Shown: positions 40,758 through 51,157 of the stretch, one piece after another | How the letters are laid out: each line of letters opens with the position of its first letter | How positions within the stretch are numbered: the first letter of the stretch is position 1 | Source of the DNA: an uncultured bacterium | Lineage (GTDB): Bacteria; Bacillota_I; Bacilli_A; RFN20; CAG-826 | DNA: 64,000 bases | Assembly: GCA_949297445.1 (NCBI GenBank) | Contig: CASFSS010000018.1 | Coordinates: 291,884 to 355,883 of the forward strand | Reading direction: 5' to 3' | Made by a program: the position numbers and the translations under genes | The notes under the pieces: model-generated | What the model was told of the DNA's origin: nothing | What the model saw: the letters and a program-made list of their open reading frames with translations, nothing else | Database searches by the model: none

Positions 40758-41054
40758 ATGGCAAGAAGTTTGAAAAAAGGCCCATTCTGCGATGCGTATT
40801 TATTGAAACGTGTCGATGCTCTCAATGCGGCCAATAAAAAAGAAGTCATCAAGACTTGGTCACGTCGTTCGACTATTTTCCCATCCTTTATTGAACACAC
40901 TTTCGCTGTTTATAATGGCCGCGAACATATTACGGTTTTCGTTACTGAAGATATGGTCGGTCACAAATTAGGCGAATTTGCTCCTACCCGTACATATAAG
41001 GGACATACAGGCCACACCGCCGAAGATAAAGCGGCCGCGGCCCAAAGAAAGTAG
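40758..41054 (+). CDS. rpsS: 30S ribosomal protein S19
   Basis: S19 sequence; SD AAAGGAGA upstream. Confidence 0.95.
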   Translation: MARSLKKGPFCDAYLLKRVDALNAANKKEVIKTWSRRSTIFPSFIEHTFAVYNGREHITVFVTEDMVGHKLGEFAPTRTYKGHTGHTAEDKAAAAQRK

Positions 41055-41067
41055 AGGTTAAATCGTT

Positions 41068-41532
41068 ATGGCTAAAAAGAAAACTGAAGCTACTAATGTT
41101 GAAGTCAAAAACGAAACCTTAGAAGAGACAAAGAAGGCAACTAAAGGCCGCAAAGCCAAAAAAGAAGAAAGCAAACCGGCCGAAACGAAGCCTGTTCGTC
41201 ACGAAGCGAAAGCAATTGCTTACGACTTGCGAGTTACTCCTCGCAAAGCGAGACTTGTCGTCGATTTAGTGCGTGGCAAGATGGTTAATGAAGCATTAGG
41301 AATTTTGGCTAATGTTAATAAAGCCGCTTCGCCTTTAGTGGCAAAAGTCATTAAAAGTGCAGCAAGCAATGCTATTAATAACTTTGGTATGAAAGAAGAA
41401 ACACTTTATGTGGATACGATATACGCTAACGATGGTGTCCGCATGAAAAGATATCTACCAAGAGCGAAAGGACGCGCAAGCGGTCTTGTGAAAAGAACAT
41501 GTCACATCACCGTCATTGTGCGTGCTAAATAG
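41068..41532 (+). CDS. rplV: 50S ribosomal protein L22 with a roughly 40-aa Lys/Glu-rich N-terminal extension
   Basis: L22 core (AIAYDLRVTPRKARLV...) preceded by a K/E/T-rich extension. Confidence 0.9.
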   Translation: MAKKKTEATNVEVKNETLEETKKATKGRKAKKEESKPAETKPVRHEAKAIAYDLRVTPRKARLVVDLVRGKMVNEALGILANVNKAASPLVAKVIKSAASNAINNFGMKEETLYVDTIYANDGVRMKRYLPRAKGRASGLVKRTCHITVIVRAK

Positions 41533-41543
41533 GAGGAACAAAC

Positions 41544-42221
41544 ATGGGTCAAAAAGTAAGTCCTGTTGGAATGCGTGTTGGCATTAATCGAAATTGGGTT
41601 TCTCGTTGGTATGCTAACGACAAAGAATTCTCTGCCTTTTTATTAGAAGATCTCGCGATTAGAAAATATCTCGAAGGTCAGTTGAAGGATGCTATGTTGT
41701 CGCATATTGAAATCGAAAGAAGAAAAACCGATCGCGGACATAATGTCAATATTTCTATCTTTGTAGTTCGTCCTGGTGTGGTTATTGGCCAAGATGGCGC
41801 CAATATCAATCGCATCAAAAAAGAGTTAGCGAAGAAATTTAGCGGTTCATCCATTCATCTCGATGTAATCGAAGTGAAACAACCAGATTTAGACGCAAAT
41901 TTGGTTGCCAAATGGATCGCTCATGAATTGGAAGAACGTGCTTCCTTCCGCACGGCGCAAAAGAAAGCTATTCAAAGAGTTCGTAAAGCTGGTGCCAAAG
42001 GCTGCCGCACTGTTGTCAGTGGTCGATTAGGCGGTGCTGATATTGCGCGAAGCGAAGGTTATAAAGAAGGCATTATCCCGCTTCATACTATCCGTAGCGA
42101 CATCGATTATGCCGTAGCAGAAGCGATGACAACCTATGGTAAGTTAGGTGTTAAAGTCTGGATTTGCCGTGGTGATACTCTTCAAGAAAATAAAGAAGAA
42201 GAGTCCAAAAAGGAGGAATAG
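41544..42221 (+). CDS. rpsC: 30S ribosomal protein S3
   Basis: S3 sequence; SD TAGGAGG upstream. Confidence 0.95.
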   Translation: MGQKVSPVGMRVGINRNWVSRWYANDKEFSAFLLEDLAIRKYLEGQLKDAMLSHIEIERRKTDRGHNVNISIFVVRPGVVIGQDGANINRIKKELAKKFSGSSIHLDVIEVKQPDLDANLVAKWIAHELEERASFRTAQKKAIQRVRKAGAKGCRTVVSGRLGGADIARSEGYKEGIIPLHTIRSDIDYAVAEAMTTYGKLGVKVWICRGDTLQENKEEESKKEE

Positions 42222-42223
42222 AT

Positions 42224-42637
42224 ATGCTTCAACCTAAAAGAGTTAAATATCGTCGTCCTCATGGTGTCAAATACGAAGGACTTTCCAAAGGTGGAAACGA
42301 AGTTTGTTTTGGCGAGTATGGTCTAAAGGCTGTCACCGGCAATTGGGTAACAGATCGCCAAATTGAAGCCGCTCGTATTGTCATCAGTAGATATACCCGT
42401 AAAGAGGGCAAAGTTTATATTCGTATTTTCCCACATATGGCTAAGACGAAAAAACCAGCCGAGGTTCGTATGGGTAGCGGCAAAGGTAATCCTGAATCAT
42501 GGGTTGCCGTTGTTAAAAAAGATCGCATCTTATTTGAAATGGGCGGTGTATCAGAGGCAGTTGCTAGAGAAGCATTAAGCCTCGCCGCCTATAAGTTGCC
42601 ACTTCAATGCAAAGTTGTCAAAAAGGAGGAAAAATAA
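42224..42637 (+). CDS. rplP: 50S ribosomal protein L16
   Basis: L16 sequence; SD AAGGAGG upstream. Confidence 0.95.
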   Translation: MLQPKRVKYRRPHGVKYEGLSKGGNEVCFGEYGLKAVTGNWVTDRQIEAARIVISRYTRKEGKVYIRIFPHMAKTKKPAEVRMGSGKGNPESWVAVVKKDRILFEMGGVSEAVAREALSLAAYKLPLQCKVVKKEEK

Positions 42638-42640
42638 TTT

Positions 42641-42838
42641 ATGAAAATTAAAGAATTTCGTGAATTAACAAACGAAGAATTAGCTGAAAAACTTTATTTG
42701 TTAAAAGAAGAATTATTTAATCTCCGTCGCAAAAAAGCTGTTGGTCAACTTGAGCATGGTGAAGAGGTTCGTCGTGTCCGCAAAGACATCGCTCGCGCTG
42801 AATTAGTTAAGCGTGAACGCGAACTTAATATAAAGTGA
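42641..42838 (+). CDS. rpmC: 50S ribosomal protein L29
   Basis: L29-like helical 65-aa protein; SD AAGGAGG upstream. Confidence 0.9.
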   Translation: MKIKEFRELTNEELAEKLYLLKEELFNLRRKKAVGQLEHGEEVRRVRKDIARAELVKRERELNIK

Positions 42839-42848
42839 GGATAAAAGT

Positions 42849-43187
42849 ATGGAAAGAAATCGTCGTACTACCCTTCAAGGTGTTGTTACTAGTACAAAAA
42901 TGGACAAAACCATTGTTGTCTTAGTCGAAACACACAAAAAGCATCCAAAATATGCTAAACGTGTCAAATATCGTAAAAAATATTATGCGCACGATGAAAA
43001 TAATGTAGCTGGTTTAGGTGATACAGTTACCATCGCTCAATGCCGACCTTTGTCAAAGACAAAACGTTTCCGTCTCGTCAGCGTTGATAAGAAGGCCCAG
43101 GCAAGCATTAAGGCCGCCGAAGCTGAATTGGCTCTCGAAGAGCAAAGCGGTGTTCAATTAACTGAAGAAACAAAGGAGGAAGAATAA
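42849..43187 (+). CDS. rpsQ: 30S ribosomal protein S17 with an acidic C-terminal extension of about 30 aa
   Basis: S17 core ([17 protein letters not shown]...) plus a C-terminal tail. Confidence 0.9.
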   Translation: MERNRRTTLQGVVTSTKMDKTIVVLVETHKKHPKYAKRVKYRKKYYAHDENNVAGLGDTVTIAQCRPLSKTKRFRLVSVDKKAQASIKAAEAELALEEQSGVQLTEETKEEE

Positions 43188-43189
43188 GT

Positions 43190-43564
43190 ATGGTTCAAAA
43201 CGAAACAAATCTTGTTGTTGCCGACAATAGTGGCGCACGCAAAGTTCGTGTCTTCCGCCTTGCCGGAGGAGGCAACCGCAAGTCTTCTTCCATCGGTGAC
43301 ATTGTCACTTGCGCTGTCAAAGATGCCATTCCAAATGGCCGTGTCAAAAAGAGCGATATTGTTCGTGGCGTAATTGTTCGTACCAAACACGCAATTAATC
43401 GTCCAGATGGTTCAACCGTCCGCTTCGATGATAACGCCATCGTCTTAATTGATAACGATGGTGCGCCAATCGGCACGCGTGTCTTTGGTCCAGTTGCAAG
43501 AGAACTTCGTGATAAGGGTGAAGGTTTTATGAAAATCATCTCCTTAGCAACCGAGGTATTATAG
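43190..43564 (+). CDS. rplN: 50S ribosomal protein L14
   Basis: L14 sequence (VADNSGAR...); SD AAGGAGG upstream. Confidence 0.95.
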   Translation: MVQNETNLVVADNSGARKVRVFRLAGGGNRKSSSIGDIVTCAVKDAIPNGRVKKSDIVRGVIVRTKHAINRPDGSTVRFDDNAIVLIDNDGAPIGTRVFGPVARELRDKGEGFMKIISLATEVL

Positions 43565-43575
43565 GAGGCACATGC

Positions 43576-43884
43576 ATGAAAATATTAAAAGGTGATAAAG
43601 TCGTTGTCATCGCCGGCAAAGACAAAGGAAAAGAAGGCATCGTCCAAGCTGTCTATCCTAAAGTTAATAAAGTCGTTGTCGAAGGTGTAAACGTCCATAA
43701 AAAGCACAAAAAACCAACGCAACAAAATCCAGAAGGTAGCGTCGTTGACATGTATGTTCCTATCGACGCCAGCAACGTGGCCCTAGTTGATCCTAAAACT
43801 AAAAAAGCCACCCGCGTTGGCTATCGGATTGAAAAAGATAAAAAGGTGCGTTACGCAAAGCGTAGCGGCAGCAAAATTGGATAA
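43576..43884 (+). CDS. rplX: 50S ribosomal protein L24
   Basis: L24 KOW motif; SD TAGGAGG upstream. Confidence 0.9.
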   Translation: MKILKGDKVVVIAGKDKGKEGIVQAVYPKVNKVVVEGVNVHKKHKKPTQQNPEGSVVDMYVPIDASNVALVDPKTKKATRVGYRIEKDKKVRYAKRSGSKIG

Positions 43885-43895
43885 GGAGAGTAAAA

Positions 43896-44606
43896 ATGGC
43901 AGAAGAAAAGAAAACTAAAACAGCAACCAAAACTGCGACTACGGCCAAAAAGACTCCAGCCAAAAAAGCCCCCGCTACCAAAAAGGCTGAAGCACCAAAA
44001 GAAGAAGTTGCTACGCCAAAAAAAGCAGTGAGCAAGCCAAAAAAAGCCCCCGCAAAAGCGGCCGCTCATAACCGTTTGCTCGATAAGTACAACACGCAAG
44101 TAAAACCTCTTATGATGGATAAATATCGTTATACATCCATTATGCAAGTTCCTCATCTTGAGAAAATTGTTATCAATGTCGGTGTTGGCGATGCGCTAAC
44201 TAATCATAAGGCGTTAGAAGATGTCGTGAACGAAATTAGTGTTATTGCTGGTCAACATCCAGTAATTACTAAGGCCAAGAAATCCGTTGCTAGCTTCAAA
44301 CTTCGTGAAGGTCAATCTATCGGCGTCAAAGTTACTTTGCGTGGCATTAGAATGTATGAATTCCTTGATAAATTAATGTCAATTGCCCTTCCTCGTGTTC
44401 GTGACTTCCGTGGTGTAAGTCGCAATGCTTTCGATGGACATGGCAATTATACGTTAGGTATCAAAGAACAATTGATTTTCCCAGAAATTGATTATGACAA
44501 GGTCAACAAGTTCCGCGGAATGGATGTTGTTATCGTCACAACGGCGTTGACTGACGATGAGGCATTCTCGCTATTAGAGGCGCTTGGGATGCCTTTCCAT
44601 CGCTAG
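43896..44606 (+). CDS. rplE: 50S ribosomal protein L5 with a roughly 57-aa Ala/Lys/Pro/Thr-rich (histone-H1-like) N-terminal extension
   Basis: L5 core begins at NRLLDKY. The only Met with an SD (AAGGAGAG) is 57 codons upstream, and there is no in-frame stop between them. The extension is encoded by repetitive ccaaaaaagcc-type DNA. Confidence 0.9.
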   Translation: MAEEKKTKTATKTATTAKKTPAKKAPATKKAEAPKEEVATPKKAVSKPKKAPAKAAAHNRLLDKYNTQVKPLMMDKYRYTSIMQVPHLEKIVINVGVGDALTNHKALEDVVNEISVIAGQHPVITKAKKSVASFKLREGQSIGVKVTLRGIRMYEFLDKLMSIALPRVRDFRGVSRNAFDGHGNYTLGIKEQLIFPEIDYDKVNKFRGMDVVIVTTALTDDEAFSLLEALGMPFHR

Positions 44607-44617
44607 GAGGAATTATT

Positions 44618-44803
44618 ATGGCTAAAGTAAGTAAAAAGATTAGTGCCGCTCGTCCAAAAAAGTTCAAGGTGCGTGAATATACACGTTGCCAACGTTGCGG
44701 CCGTCCACATTCCGTATATAGCAAATTCAAATTGTGCCGAATTTGTTTACGCGAACTTGCGTATAAGGGTGAAATCCCAGGCATGAAAAAATCATCTTGG
44801 TAA
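44618..44803 (+). CDS. rpsN: 30S ribosomal protein S14 type Z (zinc-binding)
   Basis: 61 aa with CxxC...CxxC; SD TAGGAGG upstream. Confidence 0.9.
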   Translation: MAKVSKKISAARPKKFKVREYTRCQRCGRPHSVYSKFKLCRICLRELAYKGEIPGMKKSSW

Positions 44804-44818
44804 GGAGGTATAAACAAA

Positions 44819-45208
44819 ATGACAGATCCAATTGCCGATATGTTAACTCGCATTCGTAACGCTAATCAATTGCGTTACGCGAGCGTTAAAATGCCTTCTA
44901 GCAAGATGAAAGTTGAAATTGCAAAGATTTTGCTCGAAGAAGGCTTTATTCTCGACTACAAAGTAGAGGGTAATGTGAAAAAAGAATTAACAATTTCATT
45001 AAAATATGGTCCGCAAGGTGAAAGAGTCATCTCCGGACTAAAGAAAATTTCTAAACCCGGTTTACGTGTTAATGTTGGTGTCGATAAATTGCCACGTGTT
45101 TTAAAGGGATTAGGAATTGCAATTATTTCAACAAGCAAAGGAGTTGTAAGCGATAAAGTTGCCCGTACGCTTGGCGTCGGTGGCGAAGTTCTCGCTTACG
45201 TGTGGTAA
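44819..45208 (+). CDS. rpsH: 30S ribosomal protein S8
   Basis: S8 sequence; SD AAGGAGG upstream. Confidence 0.95.
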   Translation: MTDPIADMLTRIRNANQLRYASVKMPSSKMKVEIAKILLEEGFILDYKVEGNVKKELTISLKYGPQGERVISGLKKISKPGLRVNVGVDKLPRVLKGLGIAIISTSKGVVSDKVARTLGVGGEVLAYVW

Positions 45209-45210
45209 TT

Positions 45211-45750
45211 ATGTCACGTATCGGATTAAAAGTAGTTAATTTGCCAGCAGGCGTTACTGTTACCCAAGAAGGTGACGTTTTAACTGTCAAAGGTCCTCGT
45301 GGCGTTGATGCAGTTAAAGTTCCACACCTCATTCATGCCCATATCGACGAGCATGATGTGCGTTTTACTCGCGAAAATGATATGAAAGCAACCAAACAAT
45401 TACACGGCACTACTAGAGCTAATTTCCACAATGCTGTCGTTGGTGTTACCCAAGGATATAAAAAGGAATTAGAGTTAGTCGGTATTGGTTATCGTGCTCA
45501 AATGCGCGGTAAAGACCTCGTGCTTTTTGTTGGTTACTCGCATGAAGTAGTTATTACTCCTGAAGAAGGAGTTGTCATTACAACCAAATCGCCGACAGAA
45601 ATTACTGTTGAAGGTAATGATAAGCAAGCTGTTGGACAAACAGCGGCCCGTATTCATAGAACTCGTGAACCTGAACCATATAACGGAAAAGGTGTCTTAT
45701 ACAAAGGTGAGCACATTATCCGTAAAGAAGGTAAGCGAGCCGGTAAGTAG
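45211..45750 (+). CDS. rplF: 50S ribosomal protein L6
   Basis: L6 sequence starting at MSRIGLK, 2 nt after the rpsH stop. The ORF track's GTG at 45202 overlaps rpsH. Confidence 0.9.
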   Translation: MSRIGLKVVNLPAGVTVTQEGDVLTVKGPRGVDAVKVPHLIHAHIDEHDVRFTRENDMKATKQLHGTTRANFHNAVVGVTQGYKKELELVGIGYRAQMRGKDLVLFVGYSHEVVITPEEGVVITTKSPTEITVEGNDKQAVGQTAARIHRTREPEPYNGKGVLYKGEHIIRKEGKRAGK

Positions 45751-45765
45751 TAGGAGGAGCTCTAT

Positions 45766-46122
45766 ATGATTAAAAAAGAAGCTAAAAATACCGTTCGTCT
45801 TCGTAAGCACGCTCGTGTTCGCGAAAAAATTTCCGGTGAAAAAGGATGCCCTCGTCTATGCGTCTTCCGCTCCAATAAGCATATTGAAGTGCAAGCCATT
45901 GACGATGTTAAGGGTGTGACGCTTGCTAGCGCTTCCTCCGTTGCTCTTCATTTAGAAAATGGTTCTAATGTTGAAGCGGCTAAATTAGTCGGTGAAGATA
46001 TGGCTAAAAAATTAAAAGCTTTAAAAATCAAAGAGGCTGTCTTTGATCGTGGTGGTTATCTTTATCACGGTCGCGTCGCTGCCTTGGCCGAAGCGATTCG
46101 TCAAGGTGGAATCAAATTTTAA
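45766..46122 (+). CDS. rplR: 50S ribosomal protein L18
   Basis: L18 sequence; SD TAGGAGG upstream. Confidence 0.9.
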   Translation: MIKKEAKNTVRLRKHARVREKISGEKGCPRLCVFRSNKHIEVQAIDDVKGVTLASASSVALHLENGSNVEAAKLVGEDMAKKLKALKIKEAVFDRGGYLYHGRVAALAEAIRQGGIKF

Positions 46123-46134
46123 GGAGATATGATT

Positions 46135-46728
46135 ATGGCAGACGAAAAAGAAAATGTAACAAAAGTAGAAGAAACTGTTGCTTCTAAAAAAGATGATCGT
46201 CGTCCACGACGCGCTCATGAAGGTGATAATAAAGGTGGCGAACGTCGTCGTCGTCCACGTCCTCAAGAAGTTAAAGAGTTTGAGGAAACTGTTGTTGAAA
46301 TCAACCGCATTTCTAAAACGGTTCAAGGCGGTCGTCGAATGAAGTTTTCCGCCCTTGTAGTTGTCGGCAACAAAAAAGGCAAATATGGATTTGCTATGTG
46401 CAAGGCTAGCGAAGTTCCCGACGCTATTAAAAAAGCTTTGGAAAAAGCTAAAAAGCACACCTTCACCATCCCGATTGCTAAAGGTGATACCATCCCCCAT
46501 GAAGTTCTTGGTGAATTTGGAGCTAGTAAAGTGTTCTTAAAGCCAGCTCCAGAAGGAACCGGAATTATTGCCGGTGGACCAGTTCGTGCTATTCTTGAAC
46601 TTGCTGGTATTCGCAATGTTGTTTCAAAAGTTTACGGCTCAAGAGCGGCCGTCAATGTCGTCAAGGCTTCCCATGAAGGCTTGCGTAATTTAAAATCTTA
46701 TACGAAGGTCCAATCGCTTCGTAAATAA
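46135..46728 (+). CDS. rpsE: 30S ribosomal protein S5 with a roughly 30-aa basic/acidic N-terminal extension
   Basis: S5 core ([27 protein letters not shown]...). Start at the second ATG, 8 nt after SD AAGGAG. Confidence 0.9.
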   Translation: MADEKENVTKVEETVASKKDDRRPRRAHEGDNKGGERRRRPRPQEVKEFEETVVEINRISKTVQGGRRMKFSALVVVGNKKGKYGFAMCKASEVPDAIKKALEKAKKHTFTIPIAKGDTIPHEVLGEFGASKVFLKPAPEGTGIIAGGPVRAILELAGIRNVVSKVYGSRAAVNVVKASHEGLRNLKSYTKVQSLRK

Positions 46729-46741
46729 TAGGAGGTTAAAA

Positions 46742-47182
46742 ATGAAACTTAATGAACTTTCCTATCAAAAAGGTGCAAAACGTCCTGCAAAACGTGTTGG
46801 CCGTGGACTAGGTTCTGGCTTAGGCAAAAACGGTGGCAGCGGTAACAAAGGACAAAACTCGAGAAGTGGTGGCGGTGTCCGCCTTGGCTTTGAAGGCGGT
46901 CAAAACCCAATTTATCGTCGTTTACCAAAGTTTGGTTTTACCAATCACGCGCATAAAACCTACGCGATTGTCAATGTGTCTTCTTTAAATAAATTTGAAG
47001 ATGGCACCGTCGTTAATAGCGCTTTATTGGTCGATGCCGGTTTAGTTAAAAAAGAATGCGACGGTATCAAAATTTTAGGAAATGGCACATTGACTAAAAA
47101 GTTAACTGTGCAAGCGAATAAATTCTCTAAGAGTGCCTTAGAAATTATTAATAATGCTGGTGGTAAAGCCGAGGTTTTATAA
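46742..47182 (+). CDS. rplO: 50S ribosomal protein L15
   Basis: L15 Gly-rich N-terminus; SD TAGGAGG upstream. It follows rpsE directly; no rpmD lies between them. Confidence 0.9.
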   Translation: MKLNELSYQKGAKRPAKRVGRGLGSGLGKNGGSGNKGQNSRSGGGVRLGFEGGQNPIYRRLPKFGFTNHAHKTYAIVNVSSLNKFEDGTVVNSALLVDAGLVKKECDGIKILGNGTLTKKLTVQANKFSKSALEIINNAGGKAEVL

Positions 47183-47184
47183 AG

Positions 47185-48552
47185 ATGAAGCAGATTATTG
47201 CCGTATTTAAAAACAAGGAAATCGTCAATCGTATCTTCTTCACTATTATGATGCTCCTCATTTTGCGCATTGGAGCAGCTATTACCGTCCCTGGCGTTTC
47301 AACAACCAGCGACTTAGATGAAGCATTAAGTGGCGCTAACGCCGTTGCCTTGATGGATTTGCTTGGTGGTGGTGCATTGTCGAATTTTTCGATTTTTGCT
47401 CTTGGTGTTTCACCTTATATTACCGCACAGATTATTATTCAATTATTGTCAAAAGATGTTTTGCCAGCTTTGACTGAACTCACGCGTCAAGGACAATACG
47501 GTCGCAAAAAAATTGAAATGGCGACTCGCTATTTGACCTTGTTATTAGGAGCAGTGCAAGCTTATGGCATCATTATGACAATGGAAAATAGTGAATATAT
47601 TACCATTAATCTAGAAACTAATTTCTGGACTTATGCCTATATTATTACTATTTTGCTCGGTGGAGCTATGCTCGTTATGTGGATTGGTGACCAAATTACT
47701 GTGAAAGGTTTAGGCAATGGTATTTCTGTCGTTATTTTTGCCGGTATTGTTCGTTCATTACCAGTTCAAATATCATCCGCTTATTCAATGTGGATTTCTA
47801 ATTCACAAGGCCACGGTGCGAACGAAGTTATTAAAGGATCTCTGCAATTTTCTGCCTATGTGATTGCTTTAATTTTGATTGTTGCCTTCGTGACGTTCAT
47901 CGAATTGGCAAAGCGCAAAATCCCTGTTCAACATAGTGGAAAAAGTGGTGGACAAACCGCATCGATGTCGCGGGCGTCCTTCTTGCCAATTAAACTTAAC
48001 TCAGCAGGAGTAATTCCAGTTATTTTTGCCAGTTCCATTATGCTTGCGCCAAGCGTCATCGCTAGTTTCTTTACCGATGATTTATCGGCCAATTGGCTGA
48101 GTATATTCTCTTATTCTTCCATGACTCAAATGCCGTGGTTTGATGGATCCACTTGGGGAATGCCTTGGGGATTACTTATCTATATCACTTTGATTATCTT
48201 GTTTACTTTCTTCTATTCTTCGATTCAAATTTCGCCAGAAACTCTTGCCGAAAATTTCCGTAAGAATGGTTCTTACATTCCTGGAATTCGCCCCGGCAAC
48301 GAAACTGAACGTTATGTTAAGAAAGTAGTTAATAGAGTTACTTGTATCGGTGCTCTCGCTTTGACGTTTATTGCGGCCTTGCCGGTCGTCTTAACATTAT
48401 CTGGCATCTTTGGTAGCAATTCTTCGTTAGCTATCGGTGGTACTGGTCTTATCATCGCGGTTGGCGTTTCAATTGAAATCAAGAATCAAATTAGTGGTCT
48501 TCTTGCTGGCAAAACATTTGATGAAGTGCAAGCGACCGCAGGAAGGAGTTAA
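47185..48552 (+). CDS. secY: Preprotein translocase subunit SecY
   Basis: 10-TM SecY sequence. Confidence 0.95.
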   Translation: MKQIIAVFKNKEIVNRIFFTIMMLLILRIGAAITVPGVSTTSDLDEALSGANAVALMDLLGGGALSNFSIFALGVSPYITAQIIIQLLSKDVLPALTELTRQGQYGRKKIEMATRYLTLLLGAVQAYGIIMTMENSEYITINLETNFWTYAYIITILLGGAMLVMWIGDQITVKGLGNGISVVIFAGIVRSLPVQISSAYSMWISNSQGHGANEVIKGSLQFSAYVIALILIVAFVTFIELAKRKIPVQHSGKSGGQTASMSRASFLPIKLNSAGVIPVIFASSIMLAPSVIASFFTDDLSANWLSIFSYSSMTQMPWFDGSTWGMPWGLLIYITLIILFTFFYSSIQISPETLAENFRKNGSYIPGIRPGNETERYVKKVVNRVTCIGALALTFIAALPVVLTLSGIFGSNSSLAIGGTGLIIAVGVSIEIKNQISGLLAGKTFDEVQATAGRS

Positions 48553-48557
48553 TTTAG

Positions 48558-49226
48558 ATGGCATTAAATATTGTTTTAATGGGTCCTCCTGGTGCTGGTA
48601 AAGGGACCCAAGCCAAAAAAATTATCCAAGCATATGCTATCCCTCATATTTCAACTGGCGATATGTTTCGCTTAGCGATTAAAGAGGGAACTAAACTTGG
48701 GCTTGTTGCCAAAAGTTACATCGATAAAGGCGATTTGGTTCCTGACGATGTCACTATCGGTTTAGTCAAAGAGCGTTTGGCGATGGATGATTGTAAAAAA
48801 GGTTATCTCCTCGATGGCTTTCCTAGGACAATTCCTCAGGCAGAAGCCTTGGAGGTCTTATCTAAAGAAATTGGCCGCGAAGTTAGTTTAGTTATCGACA
48901 TTGAAGTCGAGAAAAAGGAACTAATTCGCCGCATCGCTGGCCGACGCGTTTGTAAAAATTGTGGCGCGCCTTATCATGTCGATACTGCAAAACCAAAAGT
49001 TGAAGGAGTGTGCGACATCTGTGGCGGTCCGCTTTATCAGCGTTTAGATGATAACGAAGCGGCTTTGGAAGTGCGTCTTACCCACTATGAAGAAGACACT
49101 AAACCTTTATTGGACTTTTACAAAAAGACCGGTAAATTAGTTGTTTTAGATGGTGGCGAAGGTAGCGACAGACTATTTGAAAAGATCACTTCTATTTTAG
49201 GCGAGGTAAGTGATGATAATCATTAA
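48558..49226 (+). CDS. adk: Adenylate kinase (zinc-lid type)
   Basis: GPPGAGKGTQA P-loop and CxxC...CxxC lid. Confidence 0.95.
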   Translation: MALNIVLMGPPGAGKGTQAKKIIQAYAIPHISTGDMFRLAIKEGTKLGLVAKSYIDKGDLVPDDVTIGLVKERLAMDDCKKGYLLDGFPRTIPQAEALEVLSKEIGREVSLVIDIEVEKKELIRRIAGRRVCKNCGAPYHVDTAKPKVEGVCDICGGPLYQRLDDNEAALEVRLTHYEEDTKPLLDFYKKTGKLVVLDGGEGSDRLFEKITSILGEVSDDNH

Positions 49227-49962
49227 GTCGCCACGCGAAATCGAGCTCATGAAGGAAGCCGGACGGGTTGTTGCCCTCGTCTTTGAAGAAATTAAAGATA
49301 AAATTCGTCCCGGCCTTTCAACGCTTGATATCGCCAATATGTGTGAAGAGGTAATTCGCCGTAATGGCGCTACCCCGACGTTCTTAAATTACAACGGATT
49401 TAAGGGCGCTGTCTGTGTCAGCATCAATGAAGAGCTAGTCCATGGAATTCCTTCTAGCAAGCGAATTCTAAAAGAAGGAGACATCGTCTCTATTGATGTG
49501 GGCGCAACTAAACACGGCTACGTTGGTGATGCATGCCGTACATATCCAGTAGGCATCGTTACAAAAGAGGCTGCTGACTTAATCAAAACTACGGAAGAAA
49601 GCTTCTTTAACGCCTGTTCCATCATCAAAGAAGGGATTCATCTAGGTGATGTTTCAAACGCCATTCAAGCTTATTGTGAAGAGCGTGGATATTCCTTGCC
49701 AAGAGAATATACTGGACATGGTGTTGGTCGAGCGCTTCACGAAGATCCATATATTCCAAATGTTGGCGTTAAGGGCAGTGGTCCAATCTTAAAAGAGGGC
49801 ATGTGTCTAGCAATCGAGCCGATGGTCGCTATGGGGAAACCCATGGTGAAAGTCGGGCGCGATGGCTGGGTAGCAAGAATGAAAGACGGTAAGCTTTCGT
49901 GCCATTATGAAAATTCCATCGTCGTGACGAAAGATGGCTACGAAATCTTGACGAAGGTGTAA
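49213..49962 (+). CDS. map: Methionine aminopeptidase type I
   Basis: MAP-I sequence with the metal-ligand pattern. ATG at 49213 overlaps the end of adk. Confidence 0.9.
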   Translation: MIIIKSPREIELMKEAGRVVALVFEEIKDKIRPGLSTLDIANMCEEVIRRNGATPTFLNYNGFKGAVCVSINEELVHGIPSSKRILKEGDIVSIDVGATKHGYVGDACRTYPVGIVTKEAADLIKTTEESFFNACSIIKEGIHLGDVSNAIQAYCEERGYSLPREYTGHGVGRALHEDPYIPNVGVKGSGPILKEGMCLAIEPMVAMGKPMVKVGRDGWVARMKDGKLSCHYENSIVVTKDGYEILTKV

Positions 49963-49968
49963 CAAAAT

Positions 49969-50190
49969 ATGGTAAAAGCTGATGTCTTTGAAGTAGAGGC
50001 GACCGTCGTTGAAAAGTTGCCTAACGCAATGTTCAATGTTCGTTTATCTAATGGTGTCACCATCATTGCCCACGTTTCTGGTAAAATCCGTATGAATTAC
50101 ATTCGCATCTTACCAGGTGATCGGGTGACCGTAGAAATCTCGCCCTACGACTTAACACGTGGACGTATCACATATCGATACAAAAATTAG
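49969..50190 (+). CDS. infA: Translation initiation factor IF-1
   Basis: 73-aa S1-like IF-1 sequence. Confidence 0.95.
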   Translation: MVKADVFEVEATVVEKLPNAMFNVRLSNGVTIIAHVSGKIRMNYIRILPGDRVTVEISPYDLTRGRITYRYKN

Positions 50191-50225
50191 TGGTTCCATA
50201 AAACCACCAAGGAGGATTCATTTTT

Positions 50226-50339
50226 ATGAAAGTAAGACCCTCAGTAAAACCTATGTGCGATAAGTGCAAAGTGATTCGCCGCCATGGCAAAGTCATGGTA
50301 ATCTGTCCTAATCCTAAGCACAAACAACGCCAAGGCTAA
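50226..50339 (+). CDS. rpmJ: 50S ribosomal protein L36
   Basis: Not in the ORF track because it is under 60 aa. Translation [37 protein letters not shown], with the zinc-ribbon CxxC...C...H. Confidence 0.85.
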   Translation: MKVRPSVKPMCDKCKVIRRHGKVMVICPNPKHKQRQG

Positions 50340-50358
50340 ATTATAGGAGGAAACAAAT

Positions 50359-50736
50359 TTGGCACGTATTGTTGGAGTCGATATTCCAAACGACAAACGC
50401 GTTGTAATTTCTCTTACCTACATCTATGGTATTGGAAATTCCATTGCGAAAAAAATATGTCAAGACGCGAAAGTTGATGAAAATATTCGCGTTAAAAATT
50501 TAAGTGAAGAACAAATGAACCGCATTCGTGCGGAAATCGCCAAATACAAAGTGGAAGGTGATTTACGCCGAGAAGTCGCTTTAAATATTAAGCGTCTTTC
50601 TGAAATCGGTTGTTATCGTGGCATTCGCCATCGTCGCGGATTACCTGTGCGAGGTCAACGCACGCGTACAAACGCTCGTACTCGCAAGGGCAAAGCCAAG
50701 ACAATTGCGAATAAGAAGAAAGCTTCACAAGGTTAA
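50359..50736 (+). CDS. rpsM: 30S ribosomal protein S13 (TTG start)
   Basis: S13 sequence. TTG start lies 8 nt after SD TAGGAGG. Confidence 0.9.
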   Translation: MARIVGVDIPNDKRVVISLTYIYGIGNSIAKKICQDAKVDENIRVKNLSEEQMNRIRAEIAKYKVEGDLRREVALNIKRLSEIGCYRGIRHRRGLPVRGQRTRTNARTRKGKAKTIANKKKASQG

Positions 50737-50752
50737 AGGAGGTTAAATTAAT

Positions 50753-51142
50753 ATGGCTACTAAGTCAACAACGCGCAAAAAAAGAGTAAAACGCGCATAT
50801 ACAAAAGGCATGGCTCATGTTCATAGCACCTTCAATAACACGATCGTTACCATCTCTGATGAGGCTGGTAATGTTATCGCGTGGAGCTCGGCTGGAGCAT
50901 TAGGCTATAAGGGCGCTAAAAAATCCACTCCTTTTGCCGCTCAAATGGCTGGCGAAGCTGCTGGTAAGATGGCTTTTGATCAAGGCTTAAGAACCGTTGA
51001 TGTCAATGTCAAAGGACCTGGCCCTGGTCGGGAAAGCGCCATTCGTGCTTTGTCGGTTGCTGGTTTACAAGTTCTTTCCATCACCGATACGACACCCATT
51101 CCACATAATGGTTGCCGTCCGCCAAAAAGACCAAGACGCTAG
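50753..51142 (+). CDS. rpsK: 30S ribosomal protein S11
   Basis: S11 sequence; SD AAGGAGG upstream. Confidence 0.95.
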   Translation: MATKSTTRKKRVKRAYTKGMAHVHSTFNNTIVTISDEAGNVIAWSSAGALGYKGAKKSTPFAAQMAGEAAGKMAFDQGLRTVDVNVKGPGPGRESAIRALSVAGLQVLSITDTTPIPHNGCRPPKRPRR

Positions 51143-51157
51143 ATAGGAGGAAAGAAA

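Noticed and set aside
38342-46616. Numerous 60-160-aa antisense ORFs within ribosomal protein genes (e.g. 38342-38824, 43195-43539, 46021-46500)
   Set aside because: Embedded antisense to highly conserved ribosomal genes; typical chance ORFs.
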